From positions 59,954,001 to 60,018,000 of the forward strand of contig CM068745.1 of assembly GCA_035084275.1 (NCBI GenBank): a DNA stretch of 64,000 nt, written 5' to 3'. The translations under genes and the position numbers were made by a program. This document shows, piece after piece, positions 38,745 through 49,646 of this stretch. The notes beneath the pieces were generated by a model. The model saw nothing but the letters and a program-made list of their open reading frames with translations, was not told where the DNA came from and did not search any database. How positions within the stretch are numbered: position 1 is the stretch's first letter; every line of letters starts with the position of its first letter. Origin of the DNA: Hydrolagus colliei (taxonomy: Eukaryota).

Positions 38745-40001
38745 CCCAGGTAGCAAGCCCGTATGGGGCCTATATGAGCATGACCTGGGCCATATGGGCA
38801 TGGATCAACCCATATATATCCCATAAGGGGCCCATATGGGTTAGTCCATATGGGTATCTACTTGGGCTAGCCCCTATGGGTATTATATGGGGAAAACCTG
38901 GGCAAGCCCACGTGGGCAGAATATGGGCTGGCCCATTGGGGTATCATATAGGAAAAGCCTGGGCAAGCCCATGTATGGAGTGGCCCATATGGGTTTCATA
39001 TGGGAAAAACCTGGGCAAGCCCATATGGGCAGGAGATATGGAAGGCTTTCAACAGTCAATTCACTTGATTCACTTTGCAGCAGAGTATGGTGGAGGTCAC
39101 ACGGTGTGTGTGAGAACTGGGACCAGTCAGTCAGTCAGGCTGTGATTGCTGATGATGTCAGTGGGTGGGCGGGGCTCCTGGTCCCCGCACCTTTTGGGCG
39201 GAAATCCCGCAGTTGAATCCATGCAGGTCAGAGTAAAGGCACGAGTGACCTGTTGTTAAGCAAGTATCTTTTTGGGAGAGCACATGACATAACTTAAAAG
39301 GTGTCATTTGGCCATGCACAATGTACATTTTGGCAAGGGAGGAAGTTCCCAGCCCATTTGAACACAAACAGCACAACACATCCAAAACATTACCCCTGCT
39401 ATTAAAAACATACACATTATTCTATTGGTTTCTATCTTTCATTCTTGCGACTTCTATCCAATCAAATTGTTCGTTAAATTCTCTTTTTGGGTTACTAGAA
39501 AAGGTATAAATGATATATGGTCAAAAAGTTGATTACACTTATCATCCAATCACAGTTGCTATATAAGCCACAAAATGCAAGAATAACGGATCTTAAGATT
39601 CTTAAATCACTGTAAACCATAGCATCTTATTGAGATTTCTCATGTGTTCCCATGTGAGTAGGATGCTAGTCAGCATCACATTAGCAATATATGGTGATTT
39701 ATTTTTCAATTTCATAGATGAACCCCATATAATGCCCATATGGAATGGCCCATATTCTGCCCATATACTGTTGGTGCACATGGGCCCCAGGTGAACCCCA
39801 TGTAATGCCCATATGGGATAGCCCATATTTCACCCAGATTTTACCCAGATTTGCCCAGATGGGCCCCAGATTTAACCCATATGGGCCAGCCCAGATGAAT
39901 CGTGCAGAATTCTGTGGGGCCCATATGGACCACCCCATATGGGACCCATATTTTGGCCCATATGGGACCCATATGGCCCCCATGTGGGCTTCCTACCTGG
40001 G
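38745..40001. mobile_element. Non-autonomous DNA transposon, EnSpm/CMC-like
   Basis: Imperfect ~24-30 bp TIR CCCAGGTAG(C/G)AAGCCC..ATGGGG; TA on both flanks (2-bp TSD); dense subterminal CCCATATGGG arrays at about 38760-39040 and 39720-39985. Superfamily is an inference. Confidence 0.8.
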
Positions 40002-41089
40002 TAATTATATTTGATTTTTAAAAATTGATCAATGAATTCAACCTAATTCCTCAGTTAAGCATATTTAGATGGTTAAATTACTCCTGAATTTCCACACCTT
40101 ACAATGAATCAAGCAAGTAGTCACATCACATTGGCAAAATTAACTTCAATATATGTCTGGGTGAAAGCTTCAGGAATTACCTCTGCAAAAACAGTCTGAC
40201 TGCCTTAACAGCTGTGCCTCCCTACACAGAGCTACTGTTTACACTAAACATTTTGTAGATTTGACATACGTGCTGTAATCTCGAAATACCTCAGATTAGT
40301 CCTTACATCTATTGAGAATTCTGTAAGCACACAAACATATCCCTGTTATTAACATGTAGCTCCACACTGCACAGGAGGAGTCTGGCCTGCTGGTTAGTGT
40401 TAGATTATAGTAGACTCCGAGATGCCTTTAAATCTCCCCATAGATTGGAAGTAGCCTGTTGCTTTGAAACTTGGAGCAGCTATAACCTTTGCATCATGGA
40501 TAATACAACGGCAATCAAAGAGGATAATTGCAAGTCAGCAGCAAAGGCAATGAGGAGGGGGCTATATGAGTGAGCATGGATTTCCTGAGGCAAAAATGAC
40601 AGTTACTCCTGGTTTGTCAATGCTAAATGATTGGCTGTAAATTCTGTGAAAATGGTTATTTTTCTTCTGAGTCTTTCCTCCCATTCCTCTCTCCGCTGTT
40701 GATTGTTACAAAGCTAACATTATAAAAAGAAGCAATTTACTCATGCAGGATATTGTTCCTACTGAATGTCATAGTTAAAGGAGTGAACGTATTTTAAACT
40801 ACTTCAGTTGGGAATTCAACCATATTGATGTCAAGCTTACTGGCATTTAAGCAGAACATGGCTGGTTAACTCAATTTAATCAGTTCTGGCTTTAAATATT
40901 TGGTGCAATTGACATTTTAGACCCTCTTATACATTGTGCAAATTTGATACAATTCTGACAAAGTTATCACCAAAACAGGCGTCTGTAAGAGAAAATTAGG
41001 GAATGACAATAATAATTAGCATTATCTTCCAGATCTGCCTTACGTGGTCCAAATCTTACTATTATCTATGCTTTATTACCAATAATGAC

Positions 41090-41975
41090 TTCTCCTCCAC
41101 CCCCCGCAATGTCACGAGTGACATCCCCAGGGCTGTGTCCATGGCCCACTACTTTTCAACATCTACATGCTCCCCCTTGTTCACATTGTCTGCAGACTCG
41201 GAGTTAACTTCCATATGTATGACACCGAACGCCATTGTTTTGCCTCCGCCCTCGATTCCCGGACCACTGCTGTCCTGACAGACTGCCTGTTGGACATCAA
41301 GTCCTGGATGAGAGCTAACTCCGAACTCAACCACTAGCAGCATCAACCCCCATGGATGCACACTTCACCTCAGTAAGCTAGTCAGAAACCTTGTTGTCTT
41401 GTTTGATCCCCAACTGTATTTCCCCCCCCCACATCCATGCCATAACATGCTCTGCCTTCCCTCACCTCCACAATATTGCCTGACTCTGGCACTACCTCAT
41501 CATCCAGAAATCTGCAGCCTGTGTCCTCTCCCACACAAAGCTCCATGACTCTATTATGCCCATTCCCACACGACTCCACTGGCTTCCGAGCACCCAAAGG
41601 ATTCAATTCAAGATCCAAGCTTACCTTTAAAGCCATCTATGGCCTTGTTCTACCCTATATCTGCAACCTAATATACTACCAATCTGTACACTCAGCAGGC
41701 TACAGCCTGTTCTATGTCCCACAACCCACCCGCCCCACTATCGTTGGCCGAGTCTTCAGCCATTCAATACCATCCCACAATCCCTCCACCTCACCCCTTC
41801 TCTAGCCTCCTTCAAGTCCCACCTCAAAACCCTCCTCTTTGATCGTGCCCCTTCTCTTCCCTCTAACCCGATCCCAAGCCCAGCTTGGGTCCAAAACACT
41901 GACTGTCCAGTGGCTTGTGACATCCTCCCAACATGAAAGGTGCTATACAAATGTAACTTTGTTGTTGTTGTTGTT
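41090..41975 (+). mobile_element. Degenerate L2 LINE (RT to 3' tail)
   Basis: GACATCAAGTCCTGGATG (DIKSWM), CTCCACTGGCTTCC (LHWL), (GTT)n tail; another L2 tail abuts tail-to-tail at 41976-42270. Confidence 0.8.
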
Positions 41976-42341
41976 TGTAGAGTGCCCTTCGTATAGGCTA
42001 ACATCCTGAAGAGCTTCACAAGATGGGAGTCGGACACCGAGCAAAAAGGGGGATGACATGGAAGTGATGGTGGAGGTGACAACAGATGCAGTCAAAGAGG
42101 TAGGTTTTTAGGCTAGATTTAAAGAGACGTAAAGAGGGGGACACAGAAGAATAGAGAGAGAGAGATTAGCAGCAAAGTTGCTGAAGGCTTAGCCAAGAAT
42201 AGTGGCATGGAAGGGACGAGGAATGTACACCAAACCCACATTTGACAAGCAGAGGAGGCAAGCAATGCCATTGCTGCAGACATAATGATAATGATTAACA
42301 GCTGTATTAGTTTATTATATAAAGTCAGTTTGGATTTCTAC

Positions 42342-43057
42342 TAGGTTCCGTCGATATGGAGATTTTCCAATTTAGATGTATCGATGGGCTCATATCGAGA
42401 TATATTGAAATATCGATATTTTCGGGGTTTTCGTACTGCGCATGCGCGTGCAGCGCACGCATTCGGAGGTGCGCGCGCATTCGGAGTCTATCTCCTCAGG
42501 AGGTAAATATCTTTCTCTCTGTGTGTCTCTCACACTCACCATTTCTGTGTTTTTTTGTCTGTGTCTCTGTGTCTCTCTCCTCTCTCAGATCCCCCATCTT
42601 GATCTATCTGTATATTATCACATCCACCCCATCTCTTCCCCCCCCACCACCCCATCGCCGTCCCTCTCTCCCACCCCCCCTCCCCCCCCACCCCCCCTCC
42701 CCCCCCCCCCCCTCCCCCCACCCCCCCTCCCCCCCCCCCTCCCCCCCCCCCCCCTCCCCCCCCCCCCCCCCCCCCCACACCCCCCCTCCCCCCACACACA
42801 CCCTCCCCCCCCACCCCTTGCATACCTGTATATTGTATTCGAGGACTATGAATACAATATGGCGGCTTTGCACCTCGGTCTGTGCATTGTGTATAGAGAT
42901 GAGCATTCTGGGTCTTGTAGTTCAGCATGCGCGCATCCCGATTTTTTCGATATATGGACTTTTCGATATATCAATATTTTTGAGATGCCTATATCGGCAT
43001 ATCGATATGAAATTTATATCGGGTTTTACCGATATATCGATATATCGCCGGACCCTA
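42342..43057. mobile_element. hAT MITE copy 3
   Basis: TAGGTTCC...GGACCCTA termini; perfect 8-bp TSD ATTTCTAC (42334-42341 and 43058-43065); VNTR reduced to near poly-C. Confidence 0.92.
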
Positions 43058-43729
43058 ATTTCTACTATATGACGCACAATAATATCTGTAGCCGTCTGGT
43101 TTGTGATTTCTGTTCAGTAAAGTTATCAATCTTTGCCCAATGAGCTGGGAATGGGATTTTCCCACGATAAGCACACACCATAATAATTAGTACAATTGCC
43201 AGGAAGTATATGATAAGTTTTGATTGTTAACCAAAGTCAGTAAATATATCAGTAATAGGAAAATCACTCCCTTGAATTACAGCTGTAAAAATTTATATGT
43301 ACCACATGAGATGATGACAACAGTCAGCTTCTATTAAGATAACTCACCTACAGGAGACCTATTATATAACATGATATTTGGGTCCATAAAATCCTAACCA
43401 GCCTTACAACATCCATTTTTATATCATCATGTCACCAACTCCATAGCTCAAGACATCACTGCATGGTACCAGGAAAAATATCAGCTTACCTTACAAAAAA
43501 TAATGTCTGCCTTCCAGATCATTGAGTCACCAACCATAGCACTTCCTGTGTGCTCTACTGGGTTAGCTGATGACCTAGTCACTTTTAGTGCACCAGAAGC
43601 CAGCCACAGGTCCACAAAGCACACACATTACAAGTGAATCAGCATTAATAATAATAATCCTTGCATTTGATTTAGAACTTTTCACGTCTTCTAGACGCCT
43701 CAAATTGCTTCAGAGAAAATACTGTGAAA

Positions 43730-43901
43730 TGAAACAAAAACAGAAGTCGCGGGGATAATTCAGCATCTATGAAGAAAGGAAAAGTGAGTCAACTTTTCGG
43801 GTCCACGACCCTTTGTCAGAATGAATTTTGATGCTGCCAGAGTTCCCAGCGACTTCTGTTTTTGTTTCAGATTTCCAGCATCTGCAGTATTTTGCATTTT
43901 T
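43730..43901. mobile_element. Head-to-head pLTR palindrome
   Basis: Reverse arm 43730-43821 with hammerhead motif (CTGACAA A GGGTC GTG GACCC GAAA A GTT GAC), forward arm 43829-43901; imperfect TSD ATACTGTGAA/ATACTGTAAA. Confidence 0.8.
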
Positions 43902-43910
43902 ATACTGTAA

Positions 43911-44858
43911 ACAACAACAAAATTACATTTATAGAGCGCCTTTCACGTCAGGAGGACATCAGGAGTCGCTGAACAATTAGGTCGGGACCTGAATGGGGGG
44001 AGGGGGGGATGTCGGAGTAGGGGGAAGGAGAGTAGGAGAGGGGGAAGAGTTAGGAGGGGAGCAGAAGGCACAGTCGAAGAGGAAGGTCTTAAAACCAGCC
44101 TTGAAGGAGGAAAGGGAGGAAGTGAGGTGAAGGGATTGTGGAATGGAGTTCCATAGTGTGGGAGCAGACAGGCTGAAAGCCCAGCCACAGATGGTAGGGC
44201 GGTTAGGGCGGAGGACATGGAGCAGGCCAGAGCGTGCTGAACGGAGGGAACGGATGGTCTGATAGGGAGACAGGAGGTCAGAGAGATACCGTGAATGGCC
44301 TTGAAGGTGAGGACGTGGATCTTGAATTCGATCCTCTGGGAGATGGGGAGCCAGTGGAGCCAGGCGAGGGTGGGAGTGATGTGGTTGCAGAGCCTAGTGT
44401 GGGAGAGTACATGAGCTGCAGAGTTCTGAATAATCTGCAGCTTGTGAAGGGAGGAGCTGGGAAGGCCGATGAGGAGAGAATTCCCATAATCGAGCCTAGA
44501 TGTAATGAATGCATGGATGAGTGTTTCGGCAGCATGGGGGGTGAGGTAGTGGTGGAGTCTGGCAACGTTACGGAGGTGGTGAAAGGCTGTACTGGTCATG
44601 GTGCGGATATGAGTGAGGAAGGACAGTTCGGGGTCAAACAAGATGCCTAGATTCCTGACTGGCTTTGAGAGATGGAGAGAGCAGCCTTGAATGCTGATGT
44701 TGTCTGCTCCTGAGGTGGGGAGGCACTGACATGAGCTGATCAGGAAAGCCTCCATCTTGTTGACATTAAGTTGGAGGAAATTGTCCCTCATCCAGGACTC
44801 AATGTCGGACAGACATGCAGTAAGGACGCAGGTAGTCCTGGAGTCGAGGGTGGAAGCG
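43911..44858 (-). mobile_element. 5'-truncated L2 LINE
   Basis: ORF 43943-44791: WMRDNFLQLN, VRNLGILFD, LIHAFITSRLDYGNSLL, LHWLPISQRIEFKI; (GTT)n tail. Confidence 0.92.
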
Positions 44859-46439
44859 GTTTGACTGTATATTTATGGGAGAAACATGGCAGCCAATTGC
44901 GCACAGCAGTGTCCCACAACCAGTTATGGATTGAAATAACCAATTATATAATTGCTTTTTTCAGGGATTATTATTAGATGTGTGGAGTAAGGAAACTTCC
45001 TGGAAATGAACCCAGATCTCTTGCTTACAAGGCAAGTGCTCTAACCACAGGGCTGCAGAACTGCACATTATAATTATATAATGAAGTTAATTATAATGGG
45101 GCTGCTGTATACTATAGCTTCAGTTTTACATTTGCCAAAGAAAATGTTGCTTCTTAAATGAACTTGTCTATTGCTACATTGTGATAAAATACAACATAAA
45201 ATACAAATTATTATTGATAATTATAATAATTATTATTATATTTAGAAAATGGTGAATGTCAAGGAAAAAATGATCTGTGTGTTTCCAGAATATTATGTGA
45301 AATGTCATGACCTATCTGTAGTTATTTAGAGTTACAATGTCATCACTATGTGAACGAAAATGCAGCTTAAATAGGTAAATACAGTAACAGCAAGAATATC
45401 AGTCTTGAATATTAGCTTGGACAAGACCTGGACTCAGATAAGCTGATGTGCATCTTTAACATATAACAGAACCCATAGATACACTGACATCAACACATAC
45501 TGATGAAGCAACAGCCAGATCTTCTCGAAAATGTGCAAACTACAGTATTTAAATTGCTTTTGATTGCCCAACATTATGGTGACCTCATAAACTCTAAAAA
45601 GGATTCAAACTTGCTGGAATATGCATGAGGTGTGTGTTCGGTATTTCAGTATGTGAATGAGTATGCTGCATCTGTTCGTGTGATTTTAGTCTGTATTTGA
45701 TTATATATGGTCCATATGAGTTTGTGAATTTCCTGCATTCATGTAAATAATTATGACAAAGCATGTGATAGTTATAACTACTGAGAGTGTGTATCATTTG
45801 TGACTGGTGCATGTGAGTTTGTGTACATATCCATAGTACAGTAGTATTGTGTGTATATAATGTATATACAGTAGTATGCATTTGGTAGTATGCAATGCAC
45901 ACATATGTATCTGTATGTATTGGATTCATCTGCATGTTGTTTGGACAGTTAGACTCAGTGATTACAGCCAATATGTGATTAACAAAATATAAGACAACTG
46001 GACATATGCGATTTTAAGACGTTTTGAACCTGAGGTAGTTTACACTGTGAAGATACTGAAATTAAATATCCCAATTAGTCCTATGCCAATGGTTTAATCA
46101 TCACAATTTTCCACTGGAGAGATAAGATTGAAGAAGGCCGTTTAGTTAATTTGATCTTATCCTTCAAGACTACACAACCTATCATCCTCTTATTGTATCA
46201 TCAAACTGTTTTTTAACTGAGTCCAGCATCCTGGCTTCAATTATCTTTCCTGGTAACTTGTTTCAGCTGTTAATTACCTTTATTTGAAATACTTCCAGGC
46301 ATCTGTTCTGAAATTGCTCTTTCCAGGAATTATTTTCTTCCATGGAGGGGAAGGAATTTCACAAACCATCAACTAATTTTAGAATAAGTAAATAAGGCAG
46401 TAATCAAAACAACCTTTGACAGCCCCTGTGGTTGACGGA

Positions 46440-47187
46440 AAATAATAATAATAAAAGTAATAATCCTTGCATTTGATATAGAGCTTTTCATGTCTTCTAA
46501 ACATCTCAAAGCGCTTCACAGAATCTACTGTAAATTGAACTGACTGTATATTTGTGGACGCAACACGGCAGCCAATTGCCACAGCAGTGTCCCACAAACA
46601 GTCGTGGATTGAAATGATAAAATGCCTCTGATTAGATTATACATTCCTGGATTTTCATAGAATCATGGAAATTAATACCAGAAAGGAGGCCATTCAACCC
46701 ATTGATTCTGCACTGGTTTAAGAATACGTTTTTCAATTCCACATCATTCCCAAACCTCTTCAATCCTTCTCTCATCACCAGTCAGCTCCATATCTTTCTC
46801 AAAAAATGAACATGCTGACTGTTTCTTATATAAACTGTCTTCCTTACATAAATATATATTCTCCCCAATATTCATGTTAGACTAACTAGCCCATTTTTCT
46901 TCATATAATTTCTCAATCCTTTTTGAAGAATCTAAAAATTAGACTTGATATCTTGTGGTTGTTGCCTGAAAATTGTTTATTGTGCTTGTCAACCAAATAT
47001 ACAGTCACTAGATTTGACAATAATTATTGTAAAGCACTTTGACCTGTTTCAACACTGTAAGCGTAATATCAAAAAGAAACAATTATTATCTTCCAATCTC
47101 AAATGGATCACCTATATTTATGAAACCTAGATATTTGTGGTACCTTGCAGTGCACAAATTGGCTGCCATGTTTACTCATAAAATATA
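46440..47187 (+). repeat. Local duplication, copy A (copy B at about 52010-53380)
   Basis: Long collinear matches through shared repeat junctions and unique sequence, e.g. ATTCTCCCCAATATTCATGTTAGACTAACTAGCCCATTTTTCTTCATATAA. Confidence 0.9.
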
Positions 47188-47189
47188 GA

Positions 47190-47326
47190 GGGGTTTTTTG
47201 AGGGGTTATTATTAGGTGTGTGGAGTAAGAAAACTCACCCAGGGTTTCACCCTGACCTGCCATGAATCAAACCCAGGTCTCCCACTTGTAAGGTGAGTGC
47301 TCAAACCACTGTGCTTCAGGACTCCA
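47190..47326 (-). mobile_element. SINE 5' (tRNA head) fragment
   Basis: Reverse head ending CAGGACTCC. Confidence 0.75.
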
Positions 47327-47466
47327 CTAAAGTCTCTGAAATTCTGGAAAATGTATTCTTTAATAAGGTTGATTACAAAAGCAATTGGAAACAATGAGTA
47401 GATGTATATTATTGGATCTTTTTCAATACTGTTTGAAATTAAATGCAATATTGCAGGCATACTGAC

Positions 47467-48235
47467 ATCATAGAATCATAGAATTTTACATCATAAAAGG
47501 AGACCATTCGGCCCATCGAGTCTGTGGTTAATTCTCATTGGAGCAGAGAAGTTTACGATCGAGTAATCTTTGAAAAGAGCAATTCAATTCCACTCCCCAG
47601 CTCTCTCCCCATAACCGCACAAACCCATCCTCCCCAAATAAACGTCTACCTCTCTTTTAAAGGTTGTTATCGAATCAGCCTTTACCACCTTTTTAGGCAA
47701 TGCATTACAAGATTTGAACAACTCGCTGAGTGAATAAATTTCTCCTCATCTCCCCTCTGCTTCTTTTAGAAACTGTTTGAAATCTGTGACCTCGGGTCAC
47801 TGACACACCCAGCAGTGGAAACAGTTTTTCCCTGTTTACCTATCGAATCCCCTCATGATCTTGAAAACCTCTATTAGGTCTCCTCGTAACCTTCTCTGCT
47901 CCAATGAAAATAAACCTAGCCTCTCTAGCCTTTCCTCATAACTGAAGTCCCTCATTCCTGGTACCATCCTGGTAAATCTCCTCTGCATCTTTTCCAATGC
48001 CTTAACATCCTTTCTGAAGTGTGGTGACCAGAATTGAACACAGTAGTCTAGCTGAGGCCTAACCAAAGTTTTATAGAGGTTAGTCAGAACATCCTGACTT
48101 CTGTACTCTGTGCCCCTGCTTATAAATCCCATATGCTTTTTAACACCCTTAACTACCTATCCTGCCACCTTCAAAGATTCACTGACACAAATCACCAGGT
48201 CTCTCTGTTCCTCCACACCCCTTAACATGTATCTC
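47467..48235 (-). mobile_element. CR1 LINE 3' portion
   Basis: ORF 47836-48132 LYKTLVRPQLDYCVQFWSP...YEERLERLGLFSLEQRRLRGDLIEVFKI; (TTCTATGA)n-type tail. Confidence 0.93.
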
Positions 48236-48319
48236 CTTGAACAGTGCAAGTTCCAAAAATGTAGCGCAAGTGTTGACTACAAGAATCACCATAGGTATTC
48301 AGAAAACATATCTAAATAG

Positions 48320-49646
48320 TAGGGGCCGGCGATATATCGATATATCACTAAAACCCGACATAATTTTCATATCGATACGCCGATATAGGCATTTCAAAAA
48401 TATCGATATATCGAAAAATCGATATATCGAGGTAAAAAATCGGAATGCGCGCACACTGAACTACAAGACCCAGAATGCTCATCTCTACACACAATGCACA
48501 GACCGAGGTGCAAAGCCGCCATATTGTATTCATAATCCTAGAATACAATATACAGGTATGCAAGGGGGGAGAGACGCCTGGGGGTGGTGGTGAGGGGGAG
48601 AGAGACGGCTGGGGGGTGGGGGGGAGAGAGACGCCTGGGGCGGGGTGGGGGGGAGAGAGACGGCTGGGGCGGGTGGGGGGGAGAGAGACGGCTTGGGGGG
48701 GGGTGGAGGGGGAGAGTGATGGCTGGGGGGTGGTGGGGGGGAGAGAGACGGCTGGGGCAGGGTGTGGGGGGAGAGAGATGGCTGGGGGGTGTGGGGGGGA
48801 GAGAGATGGCTGGGGGTTGGTGGGGGGGAGAGAGACGGCTGGGGTGGGGTGGGGGGGAGAGAGACGGCTGGGTGGGGGTGAGGGGTGGAGAGAGATGGCT
48901 GGCGGTGGTGGGGGGAGAGAGACGGTGAGGGTGGGGGTGGGGGGGGAGAGAGATGGCTGGGGGGGTGGGGGTGAGAGAGATGGCTGGGGGTTGGTGGGGG
49001 GGAGAGAGACGGCTGGGGCGGGGTGGGGGGGAGAGAGATGGCTGGGTGGGGGTGAGGGGTGGAGAGAGATGGCTGGGGGGGGGGGTGGGGGGGAGAGAGA
49101 CGGTTGGGGTGGGGGTGTGGGTGGGTGGGGAGAGAGACGGCTGGGGGGGTGGGGGGGAGAGAGACGGTGGGGGGGGTGAGGGGGGGAGAGAGACGGCTGG
49201 GTGGGGAGTGGGGGGGGAGAGACAGACGGCAGGGGCGGGGAGGGAGAGAGAGACGGCTGTGGGGGTTGGGTGGGGGAGAGGGACGGCGGGGGGGTGGGGG
49301 AGAGTGACGGCGGGGGGGTGGGGAGAGACGGGGTGGATGCGATAATATATAGATAGATAGAGATGGGGGGGGATGTGAGAGAGACACAGAGACACAGACA
49401 GAAAAACACACAGATGGAGAGAGTGAGAGACACAAGAGATAAAGATATTTACCTCCTGAGGAGATAGGCCCTGAATGCGCGTGCACCCGGAATGCCCGCG
49501 CACTCCGAATGCGCGCGCACTCCGAATGCACGCGCCGTGAGTGCATGCGTAGTACTAAAAACCCCCAAATATCGATATTTCGGTATATCTCGATATTAGC
49601 CCATCTATATATCTAAATCGGAAAATTTCCATATCGACGGACTCTA
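48320..49646. mobile_element. hAT MITE copy 4 (longest VNTR)
   Basis: TAGGGGCC...GGACTCTA termini; perfect 8-bp TSD CTAAATAG (48312-48319 and 49647-49654); about 25-30 VNTR units at 48563-49335. Confidence 0.92.

Larger units (their letters stand above)
43646..45063 (-). mobile_element. tRNA-SINE split by two nested insertions (SINE parts 43646-43729 and 44860-45063)
   Basis: SINE consensus ATACTGTAAA...TTGACTGTATATTT resumes after the inserts. Confidence 0.85.

Noticed and set aside
38774-40014. Trp/Pro/Gly-rich ORFs
   Set aside because: Translations of the CCCATATGGG subterminal arrays.
43490-43575. Minus-strand exon-like segment (AMVGDSMIWKAD)
   Set aside because: Resembles the GDS esterase motif of LINE ORF1 and has a weak acceptor; more likely a relic.
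45640-45930. His/Thr-rich minus ORF (similar case at 34830-34990)
   Set aside because: Degenerate TG/CA low-complexity sequence.
48348-49546. Long Pro/Ser-rich or Gly-rich ORFs (also at 4367-5210, 33376-34460, 42356-43143)
   Set aside because: Open in many frames because the C/G-rich VNTR lacks stop codons; they lie inside non-autonomous MITEs.
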